Position numbers and translations under genes: made by a program | The notes under the pieces: model-generated | The model's input: only the letters and a program-made list of their open reading frames with translations | What the model was told of the DNA's origin: nothing | Databases searched by the model: none | From: Neophaeotheca triangularis | Taxonomy: Eukaryota | Direction: 5' to 3' | Assembly: GCA_054600435.1 (NCBI GenBank) | Contig: BAAIJX010000018.1 | Coordinates: 248,001-312,000 of the forward strand | DNA length: 64,000 nt | Shown here: positions 22,877 to 35,351 of the stretch, piece by piece | How the letters are laid out: each line of letters starts with the position of its first letter | How positions within the stretch are numbered: the stretch's first letter is position 1

Positions 22877-24434
22877 AGAATAGACGGAGTGATGGGTTTG
22901 CTGTTAGTTAAAGACTCGACTTGGAGTTGTAGTTGGGAAAGCAAATCATGGCAGGGATGAAGAGCGAGCCTTCTGAGACCGAGTGCAACCCGTCGAGAAT
23001 TGCGGTGCTAGAATGAAGTTGGGATCTTTGCAAGGGTACAGGAGAGACAGTGGGAGTCGCTAACGGCTATAGGCAACAGGCGGAACTTTGGACAGTTTTG
23101 CTTCGCATATAAAGACATACATTGGATAACGACTCAAACGTAGGTGAAGCAACTTCCTTGGGGTTGATATACAAAACTACATAGTCAACCAGCAACCTAC
23201 ATCTCTAGCAAAGACTGCTCGACTACATGGTACGTCCCCGCTCCACGCTAACTAACACTCACAGGACCCCCCTTTAGTTCAAGCCTCTGTCCCATCCTTC
23301 AGTCACGACGTCGAGTGTAGACGATGAATACCTATAGTCAGAGGTAAACCAATTCTTCACTCGAGAAGTCTACTCTCCGATTACTGCTAAAGCTATTGGT
23401 GTTTTTCCTTTTTTAGAGGAAGTGGTGAGTTTGTTACTGCTTGAGTGAATGAGTTGCACGTGTACGCAAGTTATCCGTGTTTGTGTCTATCTCGCCCGCG
23501 CGACGGCCTTTCTCCTACTACAGCCCGTTCCAACGTCCACGGTGCAGGCGTGAGTGATGCAAACAGTGACGGTAACGTACTCAATAGTTCCCACGGCTTC
23601 GCAAAATCCTCTACGAGGCCTCCTAGCTCGGCACTCGACTCTTTTCGCCACTCTTCTGTCGCAATACCTCCCAGCCTCCGACTGTAAACCCTCCACTGAA
23701 ATTGCCGGAAAAGAGAAAACGCAAACATCGCAACAACGAATGCAGGGCTTTAGCACTCGATCGTGACTAAGTGATATGATCAAAGCCCTGCAGTCGTCGT
23801 TGCGATGCTTCCATTTTCTCTCTATCGGTCATTCATTGCCGGAGCCCTCCTTGGCTGTGAAGATGTGTCCAGCCCATCTTGTACGGCATGCACACGCCGG
23901 CACAATCCTGGATGAAGCAGGAAATGAAATTTCGTTTCTCTTGATTTCACCGTCGCCTGTGCGGGTTTGGTCGGCGTCGCGCTATAGCTCGGTCGGCTGA
24001 GACACGTATCTGTAGTCTAGGCCTTTCGTATTCCCGCTTGGGTGGTGCTACTGAGGGCCTTGCTACTGAGGAAATTCCCGGCCAAACTTGAAAAGCTCAA
24101 TGGCCGACCATCTGTCGACTCAACTCGCTTGCGGGTGCCGCTCGATCCAGCATTCGTCTGCCTCCTGCACGCTCTGACGTCGTGTTTCCCAGGGTTATTC
24201 CGCATCTCTCCAAGGCTCAAGATGTACGGTTCAGCCCACAGCTAGCCTCCGTCTTTCCAAGTCTGCTATCCCACTAGCGCATCTTCTCGCTTTGCAATCA
24301 TCCGACCTGATGTGACCATTATTATTGCATCTCACTGAGAACAACATTTGAGGCTTTTCTCCTCGGCTGTTGCGTATCATCTCGTCAGTGCTCTAGATTC
24401 CGGGTATCTCGAAATAATCGGCTTGGGCCTCGCC

Positions 24435-25151
24435 CTAGAAAATACCCATCTTCTGACCCCAGCCGTCGTTCTTCGGGTTGACTAGAATCTGGTAAGGGAA
24501 CGGGTTCGCCTCCGTAGTCGTGATGGGCGGAATGTGGTTGCGATCGCGGTTGACAACGCTAATGATCTTCATTGAGGCCTTTTGAAGGGAGCGCTCCATT
24601 TGGCGTCTGGTCTTCGTTCCATCTGCGCTGATATCAGCTTCACTGCCTCGAGGTAGCTCAAAGATAGGTTGGTGGTCAAGCTTACCGTTCTCACTCCTAC
24701 TCGTTGCTAACGTAACATCCACAACCCAGCACTCCCACACCGTCTCCTCGTCGGCCTTTGTCCCGAACCAACCGCCCTTGCGCCGCTTCTTCTCGAGAAA
24801 CTGGACGACGATCTGGCCCTTACCGCCTTTCTGACTGTATTGTGGCGACTGCTGATTGTTGGCTACATCTAGCTGTCTAACCAAAGCCGTTGCGCGCTGC
24901 TCGACGAGCGTTTCGATCTCGTCATCGGTGACGTAGGGAAGGGTGATGTCGAGAACGTCGTGAGTAGCAGGGTAGAGGGGCGTGAAATAGCGGTGGAAGA
25001 AGATGGTATGGAGGACGCCTGAGCAGTGTTGTTAGCTGGTGTATCGGCGGTGGTCGTAGCGGTATGGCTTCCTACCTTTGACTACGTCCTTGACGTTGGG
25101 GCGGTCGGCGGTGACCTCGAGCTGGTACTCGGGAGCTCGGCGGGGCTCCAT
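24435..25151 (-). CDS. ATG101: Autophagy protein Atg101 (3 exons)
   Basis: MEPRRAPEY...GVLHTIFFHRYF, WF finger (GGWFG), VWECW and HIPPIT...PFPY motifs. Introns 25019-25075 and ~24623-24685. Confidence 0.9.
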
Positions 25152-25583
25152 GTTGTCGATATTTCGTAGTTTGGATGCTCAGGGTGGCCTGCCCCAAGAA
25201 GTCGAGGGCTGAGTGGTAATCATGCTTGTCCGAAGGAGTCAGGCGGGGTGAGGTCCAGGGCGCGTGTTTACTGTCTCCTACTACTGCATGTCCAGGTGAC
25301 GAGGCATCCAACTGGTGAGATAAGCTGATAAGAGAGCGCATGTGGAAGTGGGGCCGGTCGGGTCCGACAAAATACCGAACACTCACTTAAGTTCAGGATC
25401 TTCGAGACCGCGGATATCTGATGGCAAGGCTTGGACGACTGCCATCATCTGTCCACAACTCTGCACAAGGTATCAAAGAGCCATTCTCCTCGAACTTGTG
25501 GGATCATACGCAGGAAGGTCAGCAAGCGCCGCGTTTTCCGCGGTTCGACGCCTGGCCCTAGGGTCAGAGTTGGAGTAAGCGGT

Positions 25584-26351
25584 ATGGCGACGGCGACCTC
25601 TGTGGCCTTCTCTACGCAAGATCGAGAGACACTAGAGTATCTCCAGTCCGTTCTGTACTCGTTCCTTGTGCGTAACAAGAACCAGCACCGCCGCAGCATC
25701 TGGTGGCGGCAATTCTCGACATTCCGACGTCAAGTCGACATTCTGACCAAAGCTGTCGTACAACTATACGAGACACCTACAACCAATCTACTACGGACAA
25801 GAAAGAAAGCCAAGGATCGGGAAATACAAGCCGATATAACTCAGCGTTTACAGTTCTGGCAGGACGTCCAAGTTCCGAAATGGCAACACGCCTTTTCCCA
25901 GGTCATCGCGGATGGTCGTTTCGCTGTGCTAGGACTAGTACTTTACGCCACGCTGGCCCAGATTTGCAAAGTCACGGGGCTGGTGGCGAAATTTGAGGAC
26001 CTGGGGCAAGCAGAGATGCAGCGTGTGCTTGAGGCGTTCGGGAAGGAGCATTGGCAAGACGAGGTTGCTGGGTTGGAGGAGCGTTCTGGCGAGGAGGACT
26101 TTGGGGAGGTCGTTCAGCGGGAAGAAGATATTGGAGATCGTGAGGAGACCACGGCAATGCCACGTGGGGTACCAGCGCTCCCAGACGAGACCGCAATTGA
26201 CCGACGCCAAGCTCCAGACCCAAGAGAATCTAAGCCAATAGAACAGGCAACAAAGACTGGCGAAAAGAGAAACGCAGAGCCGACGAAGAAAGCGCCCAAG
26301 AAAAAGAAGAAGAAGGGCAACGCAATCGACGATTTGTTCAGCGGGCTGTGA
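25584..26351 (+). CDS. RMP1: RNase MRP protein subunit Rmp1-like
   Basis: RNKNQHRRSIWWRQF and AFSQVIADGRFAVLGLVL motifs; C-terminal KKKKKK..AIDDLF. Confidence 0.85.
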   Translation: MATATSVAFSTQDRETLEYLQSVLYSFLVRNKNQHRRSIWWRQFSTFRRQVDILTKAVVQLYETPTTNLLRTRKKAKDREIQADITQRLQFWQDVQVPKWQHAFSQVIADGRFAVLGLVLYATLAQICKVTGLVAKFEDLGQAEMQRVLEAFGKEHWQDEVAGLEERSGEEDFGEVVQREEDIGDREETTAMPRGVPALPDETAIDRRQAPDPRESKPIEQATKTGEKRNAEPTKKAPKKKKKKGNAIDDLFSGL

Positions 26352-26380
26352 TGGCCCAATGATGCCGATCTATGTAACAT

Positions 26381-29300
26381 CTACGCTGCACTCCCCGCCC
26401 ACCAGAGGAGACTCCCAAGCCCGCAATTCACCAGCAAATGCCACGCCACAGCCCAAGCTGCTGCATAGAGATACTTTGGGCTGAAAACCGTCCAGATGAA
26501 CAGATGCGTCCTCAAAGCGGTGCAAGCCGCCATCACGGCTAGTAGACTGCCAGCTATGAAAGCAGTCATGCAGGTCAGATATACTCGCCAAGTCTCGTCG
26601 TCTTCAGCCGTGGCTGGAGAAGACGTTTGGCCCACGCCCGTACGGAGAGCGTCTTCTCGCAATTTCGCCCTTTCCGCATTTACCCAGTCTCTGCCACCGG
26701 CATTTGCCACCGGTTTGGCAGAATCGGAGGCGGTAGGCTCTTGTGAGAGTAGCAAAACCGCGGTGCTGCACCACCACACCGGTCCCGCCCAGTTGCTCGC
26801 AAACAGCAGCACGCCCACTGCGACGATGTTGTAATCCGCAACACCGTTGTACGCATTGCTGAGATCAATACTGGAGATCGAGTTCGACCCCCCCATGCAG
26901 AAATAGTAGACGTTCGAGAGAAGCAGGGCGGACGTCGCAACAGAGACCGCCTTGCCGCGCCTTCTGCCGGATTGGTCCTCAGGCCGCGCCAGAAGTTCGC
27001 CGAGAAGCTGCCTCATGGCATCCAGCGCAAGAAAAAGCGGCACATTCGGAGCCCTCGTCTGCGTCATCAAAAACAGCGTGAGCAAAGGATGCAGCCTCTC
27101 AGCCAAGCCGACACCCTTCTGCCCCTCCCCACCACCAGCGCTACTGGTCACACTCAGCCTCTTCAGCATCTGCGGCAACACCATCACGAGCACAGTCACC
27201 ATCCCCGAAAGGGCAAAAACAACTCTCGCCTGCGTGACCAGATTAAACCCCTCGGTCCACTCTCGCAACTGCTTCCCGAGCTCCTGCACCAACTCCGGCG
27301 CATCTGCTTGCGTGAAGTTGAGCTTGAAAATCACCGCCGGCACGAACAGCATAGCTGCAAGACTCGCCGAAAAACCGGGGGGAAGGATTTCCGAGAAGCT
27401 ATAGCGGGCGATTTGCCGCGAGTTGTAGCCGTAGGCCGCGAGCACGAGCGTCCACATCAGCATGTGGTGGGAGGGGAAGAAGTGGTAAACGATGTCGGGC
27501 TCGCCGGCGTGCTTTTGGCCCGTTTGGTTCCAGCGGATGGAGAGGCGGTGGAGGGATAGGAGTGAAGCTCCCATGAGGAGAGTTCGGAGCGTCTTGTCCT
27601 TGGAAGCGGCACGCAGTTTGGTGAGAGTGAGGTAGAGGAGCCAGGCGGGCGTGATCCAATACCAGAATTGCTGCTCTTCTTCCACGTAGCTGCTGGCGAA
27701 CATCATGATGCCGTAGAGGAGGACCGTGACCGAGAGGAATATGGTGGACGGTGTCGGGGGCCAGAGAGACGGGCAGGCCGCGAGAGTTGCCGCTAGCGCG
27801 ACGAAAATAAGCGTCATGCCCGCCACCATGCGAGGGATATCGTAAGAGCTCGCGGTGCTGCTCATCTCCTCCTGGGCGGCATAGAGGAACTGTAGAAATT
27901 AGCACGCGCCATCTACGGAGAATGGCAGAAAAAGACAAACCTCGAGCAATCTCTCCCTCGCTCCCTCTCCCCTCTCGAGAGCAACTTCAGCAACAGCCCA
28001 CTTATACGCCAACTCTCCCAAGACACCGCTCGCCCCCAGTGAAGCCGACACCCCCTCCCTACGCACCTTGCCCTTCCACCCCTCCACCTCAGCCCCCCAA
28101 ACCCCAACCCCAAAAGCCGCCTCCACAATCCCCAAAACCTGCCTCGCATTTCCCTCCAACAACTCCAGAGCCTCCTTTTCCCCCCAAAACCCCAACAACT
28201 CACTCACCAAAACCCCCAAACTATTGCGACTGACCGGCAAGCCAAGCAACCCGGCAAGCGAAGGCACCAAATCACTCTGCTCCACCTTGCGATAAAAGTG
28301 AAACTCGGTACCCGCCTGGGGCAGCGTCGGACACTCGTAGACTTCCCCGCCCCGCAACGTCTTGAACTTCGGGCTCGCGAAGACAAGCGCCGGCTCCGTT
28401 TCGCCCGGCCCGCTGCCCCCGTGGTTGCCGCCAGCGTTCATGCCGTGGTCGCCTGCCAGCACGAGCAGCGTGTCTTGCTGGTGCGGCTCGGTTTCCATCG
28501 CCCGGTAGATGGTCTCCACGATGGCGTCCATTTCGCGTTGCTTGGGGGCCATGGCGGGGCCCGAGGGCCCGGTTTTGTGGCCGATGTGGTCGAGGCCTAG
28601 GTAATGCATGATCATGCCGTCCCAGTCGGCTTGCCTTAATTCGTGGGGTAAGTGTCGCGTCACGTTGTTGTCTACTTGGGTGAAATCCTGTGCGCGAGAA
28701 ATGATGGGGATACTTTCAGCTATCTGTTCTATGTAGTTGACAGGGGGTACCGGGCCTACCAGGGCCAGTTTTGGTGGTGACTGACCGAGACGAAGAAGGA
28801 GCTTGTTCCATCACTTCTTTTGAAAAAGGGCTCAGGGGCTGTGTTGTCGCTGGGAGGGCTTTGTGGGAAAAGTTTGAGCCAAGTGTCGTCGCCGTAGAAG
28901 ACAAGGCCGCTTGACTCGACCTCTCTGTCCATACCCGCAGCACCTGCGCTTGCTCCTATACCTCTTGATTTTCTAGCCCGCAACTGCGCAAGCCATGTAT
29001 CCTGCCCACTCAGACTAGAACTCGTATCCGCTTCGGCAAAGTTCAGTATCAAGTCCAGAAAACTGGGCACACTGCCCGTCGTCAATGCTTTAACCCGCGG
29101 CATTGTGACTGTCGGCGGCGTGGCATGCGCAGTGAAAGGTATGGCTGCGCCATCGCGGATCAGACTCTGCGTAAAAGCCATGTGGGAGTCGGCGCCATAG
29201 ACGAAGTCGGTCCGCAAGGCGTCCACGACCATGAAGATGACGCGCTTAAAGGGGGCATTGTGCGCGGTGGCTTCGCTCGTTTCGGGGAGGCTCGCGAGGC

Positions 29301-29415
29301 CGGGGAGGACGGGCTTGTAGGGGAAGAAGCCGGAGGCGAAGACAAGAACTGCTAGGGTGAGGAGGGCATTGGCTGCGATGAGGGCGAGGAGCCGTGTTGT
29401 CTTGCCGGAGACCAT
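26381..29415 (-). CDS. GPI7: GPI ethanolamine-phosphate transferase 2 (GPI7/LAS21, PIG-G), 3 exons
   Basis: VVDALR, PPTVTMPR, GDDTW, HYLGLDHIGH, GDHGM and LRTHLFIWTVFSPKY motifs. Introns 28688-28785 and 27890-27940. Confidence 0.93.
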
Positions 29416-30165
29416 GGCTGGATGAGAAGCTGCAGAAGTCAGTAAGGTATACTCAACGGAGCATCATTACAGAGAGGCTCAGAATACGATAGCAGAGACA
29501 CAGCAAATGGAAAAGCAAATAGACGATGACAGCTTTTGCGGTAGGAGAGAGCAGGTAGGTACTGTAAGGTAGCTGAGTAGAGAGGTAGCAACTGCTCAAA
29601 GTCCTGCCAAGACCAAACGACCGCGGCGAGTTCGAGCTTCATGGGGGAAGAAACATAATCAATGGGTCACTGAACAAATACATCACAATCCAGCAGGGCC
29701 CAGGGAATCTCATAAATCATTGTGAGAGGAGTCAATTGAAGCTAGTCTGCGTCTAAACTAACAACCACCGCTGTCCCTCTTTTCTCAAGGAAATACTGTA
29801 ACAACGCTTTTCATGACCTTTTCTGCCTCCCTCGCAGCCCGCCATGTAGAACCCCTTTCGAAACAAACGCCGAGCTATCTGCCGCTTCTGTGTATTGGTA
29901 CGAGTACCTTATTATGCGGTCTAGCATGTCGAATCGAGCAAGCCGGGGGGTATCGGGTGATGATAGCCGGCAAAACAACGCAATGCAGAGAGAAGAATGA
30001 TGTCCATACAGGCCTCGAGCGCGACAGGCGGGTCATCACTCCCGCTATGTGCTCGAGGCCTGTTGGTCTTGCCGAAGTTGCATGGCCCATGACATCCAAA
30101 AAATTCGATCATTTGCGGCCATCCAGGTAGAGCGCACCTGGAATGGCTGCCGGTCCAAACGGGAC

Positions 30166-32760
30166 CTATTTGCGCCCAAAGTCCATGTCGTCCCAGTTCT
30201 CCTTGAGAGGAGAGGAAACAAAGGTGGAGAATGGGTTGCCGCCGTGGGTCGGGCTAACGTGCTGAACGCCGGACGAGCTGCGCTGAGGAGGCATGCTTCC
30301 TGGGTAGTGCTGGCCTGGAATCTGTACCATGCTGCGAGGAGCGCTCACAGCCGAGGCGCCGTTGCCACGGTAGCGAGAGGATGGCGTGACGGGAGGCGCC
30401 TGGTAGCCTTGCTCGAGCATGAAGGGGGAACCTGGCATACCCTGAGGAAGGAAACCAGGAGCGGACTGTGGGTATGGGTTGGCCTGGTACGGACCACCGG
30501 CGTACGGGCCCATGTGAAGTGGCGAGAAGCCCTGCGCACCATAGGCTGGCATACCATAAGCTGGTGGTGTCGAATGCTGGTGGAAGCGAGCCTCTTCGCG
30601 CTGCTGAGGCGTCGTGCCACGATCGAAGCGACCACGGAACTGGCGACTATCTCGGGACAGCGTGTTGCTCTTGGGAGGAAATAGGCCGATCTGTTGGGCA
30701 TTGTCCTGGGAACGCTGCTTCTTCGAAAGGTTGTTGGGGGGAGGCATGTCTCTCTCCTGGCCAACGAGGTAGAGCATCTCCGGACCATGGACTGTGTCCT
30801 CGGTCCACCAAAGCTTGGGACGGTGTTGAGGAAACTCGTCCATAATGGCCGAGTTTCTGAACTTCTCGATGAGACCCTCAAGACCCTGAATGGTGGCGTA
30901 GGAATAGTCGGAGAACTTCCTGGGAGAGCTGGACGACCATGGACGGTTCTGGTAGTAGAGGACGAAGTCTCTGATGGCATCGCAACGGGAGAAGTTGACA
31001 AAGCCGTAGCCGACGTTCTTGTCCTGAGCAAAGTCGATGCGCAGGTAGGAGAAGTCGTACTTGCCTGGAACCGCGGCATCAAGCAGTGCCTTGAATCCGT
31101 CGGCCTTCAGGTTGTTTGGCATGTTGCGAAGCATCAGAGTGGTGCGTGTGTCGAGGCCGAGCTCCAACTTGTCGATAGTGACGTCCTGGTTCTGCTGGTC
31201 ACGCCTCTGCGGGCGACCGGAGCGAGAAGGCGTGTACTGAGATACACCGACATCAGGGGAGAATGAGTACGGGTCCATGCACCGCCCAGGGCTGTAGGTC
31301 TGGTACGCCCCAAGCTGCTGCTGCATCTGACGCTGCGGAGGGGTGTACGGGGAGCCTCCCGAGTTGTTGACGACAGGAAGCACACGAGGCGGAGGCAGGA
31401 GGGTTGTGTTGCCGTCAAGGTCGGTGACCCACTGCGTCCGGGCGGTAGGACTTGTCTGGGTGACGCCGTACATGTGCTGCTGCCTGTTGCTTGGGGTGAG
31501 CGCCAAGCTGTTCATGTTTGACGCTAGGGCGGCGGCAGACGGAGAAGATGAGGCCTGCTCATAGGCAGTTGCCTTCCACTGCGTAGCAGCAACCTTGAAG
31601 TCCTCGACGACCTTGGGAATGGGGGAGCAAGCCTCAACAAGCTTCCTGACCGACGTGATCTTGGTGTACTCAACACGAAACTCGAAGAAGGGGTGGACTG
31701 CATCGTCGAGCATGAGGAAGCCAACGATCTTGCCGAAACCGTTAGCAAATTCCTTGACCTTTTTGCGAAGCGCCACCGTGTCAATGTTGATGGCGTCTTT
31801 GGAGAGGCCAGTGAAAGTCGCCGAAAGCCGCGCCTGTGCTTCGTACATACTTGATGGTTGACGGACAAGAGGGCTGTTGTGCGTCGCTCCGATGGCCTGT
31901 GCGAAGTCGGCCTGGGACGCGACCTCGACAACCCACTTGGAGTCGACGGACTGGAGCATGTCCATGGCTTCGTTGACCTCGTTGAGATCGTCGAAGCGCA
32001 TGTGCCAGACAAGCTTGTTGGTGGCGCCGATGGTGCAGGCCTTGTGTTCAAGGACTTTGTCTTGGAAGCCGAGCTGTTGAAGAGTTAGTGAAAGACTCGA
32101 CACATGTTTGCCCCTGAAGAACTGTTGACCTACCATCTCGACTGCGGTGGCGGACCCAGCAGCTTGGAAGTCCGCGGGGTCGACGTTCATGACGACGACG
32201 TAGTGGGTGCCGATCCAACGGCCACCCCTGGCACAGTCCGTGGTGAACTCCGCCGCCTCCTGCTTCTCCGTTGGGCTGTAGCCCGGAGACATGGTGCCAA
32301 TTGGCGTCGGCAGCGACGCGGGGACCTTGGCGAGCCCTTTGGTCTTGATCGGGGTCGGAGAGCTGACGATGAGTGGCTGATCGTCGGACACGCTGCCGTA
32401 GTTGAGCAACGAGATTGGCTTGGGCCTGGGCTTGCCAGAAGAAGCGCCAATGACAGACGGCTTGAACACATTAGCCGAGACGTTCATCTTGGGGCCAGCA
32501 GAGTCGGAGCTGTTTGGGTAGAATGGGTCCATGCTGCCAAACGTCGGCATGTACCTGGTAGAGGGGCCGCCGGATGAGTCGGAGGAGCCGTTGGAAGTGG
32601 TCCTGCGCGATTGTTAGAGACATTCAGGTGTTGAAGTAATAGTCAAGTGTTGAACTTACTTGACCATGGGCGAGCCTGCGGGCTGGCCGTTGGTGGTGCT
32701 CGAGGCAGCGGGGCCGCCACCTGCGCGAGGCTTGACGCTCCTGTCAAACGCGTCCATCAT
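30166..32760 (-). CDS. Mei2-like RNA-binding protein (RRM_2 domain)
   Basis: DTRTTLMLRNMPN...YDFSYLRIDF..NVGYGFVNF...YATIQG..LIEKFRNS. First intron 32603-32659 joins the ATG at 32760 in frame; probable in-frame intron near 32074-32133. Confidence 0.9.
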
Positions 32761-34938
32761 GTTGGCGGATGTGCGACAGCGACAGGAGAGTGAAGGGAGC
32801 GAAAGATGAAGTGGAGGTGATCAAGAGAATGAAGGATGGGTGTTGTTGTGATGTGAGGGAGACCTGTTCAAGAGGCGAGGAACGAAGTCCAAACACTTCT
32901 GGCAGCTCTGCACCTGTCGCGTACCAACTCGCTGCAGCGTACCCAACGTCAAGACGTCCGATACGAGCTTTGTGATGGTCGAGAAAGAATGCAGGGATGT
33001 GATAGAGAGAGTGTGTGAGCGAGGATGGTGGGTAGGTGTGAATGAAGGTGCAGATGTGGATGAGGATGAGGATGTGGGTGTGCGGGTGGAAGAAGAGGAG
33101 AGGAAGCAAAAGGCAAAAACAAAAGCCCACGAAAGTAGCCAAGTGTGCGGCGGCGGCAGCAGTTCGGGAGTCCAGGCTGGCCCAGCAACCCCTCAGACCA
33201 ATAGGGAGTTCCCTGCGGCGGGGGGCGGGGCGGGGGTGGGAAATGCATGCATGCATGAAACAGCGTGGTCAAGTAAGTCGACATGGCTCCAATGTGCCTG
33301 CAACACACCAAGGTATTGCTGCAACAATCAGATTCCGAACAGACTTGCAGGGAGGGCAGAGGAAGCTCACCTGAAGGAGCCGAGTGAATCTCATCTAGCT
33401 TTGCACGCCACGAGAAGAGTGGTAGAGCGGCGGAGGTACCCATACTGCGAAAGCCTAGTAGGGCTTGGCCACCAGGGCAGGGCATGGTGCAAATGTTCGA
33501 TGGGACGGACACGTGCACAAAGTGCTGTAGTGCATGCAGTACACTTCATCGACAGCAGTGAATGCTCTGCCACTGCTCGTGCATATAAATTAGTGCTCCA
33601 TCTGCGTAATGACTCGGAGCATCTCACAAAGCTCATGACCGACTTTTGTGCACTCACCCAGTGTTTGGCGCAGTAAAGCGACCAGACAGAGGTCATCATA
33701 AAGGCGAGCATTGGCTGGCTCCACTCGACTTTTTGATAGAGGCCGTGCACTGCAGGCGTTCCTTCCCTGCATAAAGTCGTTAAATTCGTGGAGGAAGGAG
33801 CGGGAAGCGGGCTGGCCCGCCCAAATCGCGCTATCCGGAAGGGGCCGCAGCGAGAGGCGTTCGACATCGCCGCTTCACTTCGACCAGATCCATAGATGGT
33901 ATGCTCGTTATCGACTTTCGGTTGGCGATAGATACCTGTGCAAGTTGCAGTATTGTCGATTCCAGGATCTCTCAAGTCGAGGTTTTCATCAGGTATCGCG
34001 AGAGGCGCGGCGTCAACTGAACTTTTCGAAACTCGATCACGCGCCAGCGATCAGTCATCCTCAAAAGACCAGGTAGCCGGAGAAGGCGACAACCCTAGAA
34101 GGTCCAAGGAACCCCTGAGTGAAGAGAGGGGAATCCAGCTGCAGATTCAGGCCGAACCCTTCCCGAGGCAGCCGGCGAAATTGCTCCAAGTGTGTTCTAT
34201 CGCAGTACCGAACCGGAGACGGAAGCCCCAAATACTGCGAAGAAGGCGAGCCAAACAGGGCGGAAGACAGCGACCCGATCTGGTTCAATCCTCCCGAAGC
34301 CGCTTTCCACGAATCGAAAGGTGTATATCGAAGCCCGGTTGTTGTGAGGGTTTCCAGGAGTAGCCGGCCAGCGGAGAAAGCGCTTGTTATCAAACCCGCT
34401 TCCACGTGGCAGCAACTGGGGCTGATCCTATCGAAAGCCGCGCTGCAGAAGAAGGTGCGTTGGCTGATTCTTCCGTTTCCGCTCTTGCTACTTGGAGCCA
34501 GCAATCTTCAGCCAACGAGGAAAGCTCGAAGGCCTCGTCTCAAGAGGTTGCGGGCGGGAGGAAAGGACTTCGTTCCAAGCGCTTACCTTGCGTCAAGGGA
34601 AAGTGAGTAGGGCGGAGTATCTTCACCAGCGTGAGATCTGGCAGGAAGTGCAGGCTAGACTCGGAAAAGGTTCGGGGTCCCAACCTCACTTGGCTTTGCC
34701 CCTCTCTGCACTGAGGCAGCATTTCAAACACCACAAGCACCGGGAAGCATCAGTGAAAGCTACTACTGCGAAGGTAGTCATCTCGGCGACAGCCCGAACA
34801 AGGACCAGCTGCGAGCAGTCCACGAAAGGAAAGTCTTGAAGTCAAGGCCGGAGTCGTTAAAGCCCAGGGCAAGACCAGCACTCGGCAACACCGCTCACAG
34901 GAGCTTTCATAACTGCTTAGTGCAACTACACGCTTGGA

Positions 34939-35214
34939 AGTGCCGCTCACACTTGTCATAGTTGTCCGAGAGGGACCAAAAGCCTACGCTCCAGCAAACG
35001 ACGCCTACTGGAATTGCCCTTACTGCTTTGTCTAGCACTCGTTTGGTAGTGCTGCTTACAAGATTGATCCGGACCACTTAGGGTAAAAACATCTCTAATA
35101 GTGCCGCTCACAAGAGCTGCCCGGACCACCAAGTGTAAGGACACACTCACTAGTGCCGCTCACAGGGGTCAAACACTGTTTAGTTGGACTAAACGCAGAA
35201 GAGTGCCGCTTACA
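34939..35214. repeat. Array of five AGTGCYGCTYACA cores, ~52-nt period
   Basis: Copies start at 34939, 35048, 35100, 35152 and 35202. Confidence 0.85.
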
Positions 35215-35351
35215 GAAGGCTTTGGAATCTCCCAGCGCGGCCCCATTATTCAGCAGTGTAGTTTAGAATACCTGCAGCACCCAGGCCGTGGCGAATAAGG
35301 CCATCAAGGGCCCACTGCCGTTTGCAAATAAAGTCTTGCACATTCGCAAAG

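Noticed and set aside
22900..24430. snoRNA or hidden gene in the ARG7-ATG101 gap
   Set aside because: Only partial C/D-like words and short ORFs; no paired boxes with a terminal stem.
33896..34839. Possible small spliced gene on the + strand
   Set aside because: Some donor-like sites and short ORFs, but no consistent exon chain or recognisable domain.
34939..35214. CRISPR array
   Set aside because: Fungal context, repeats only 13 bp, two spacers are homologous to each other, and no cas-like ORFs.
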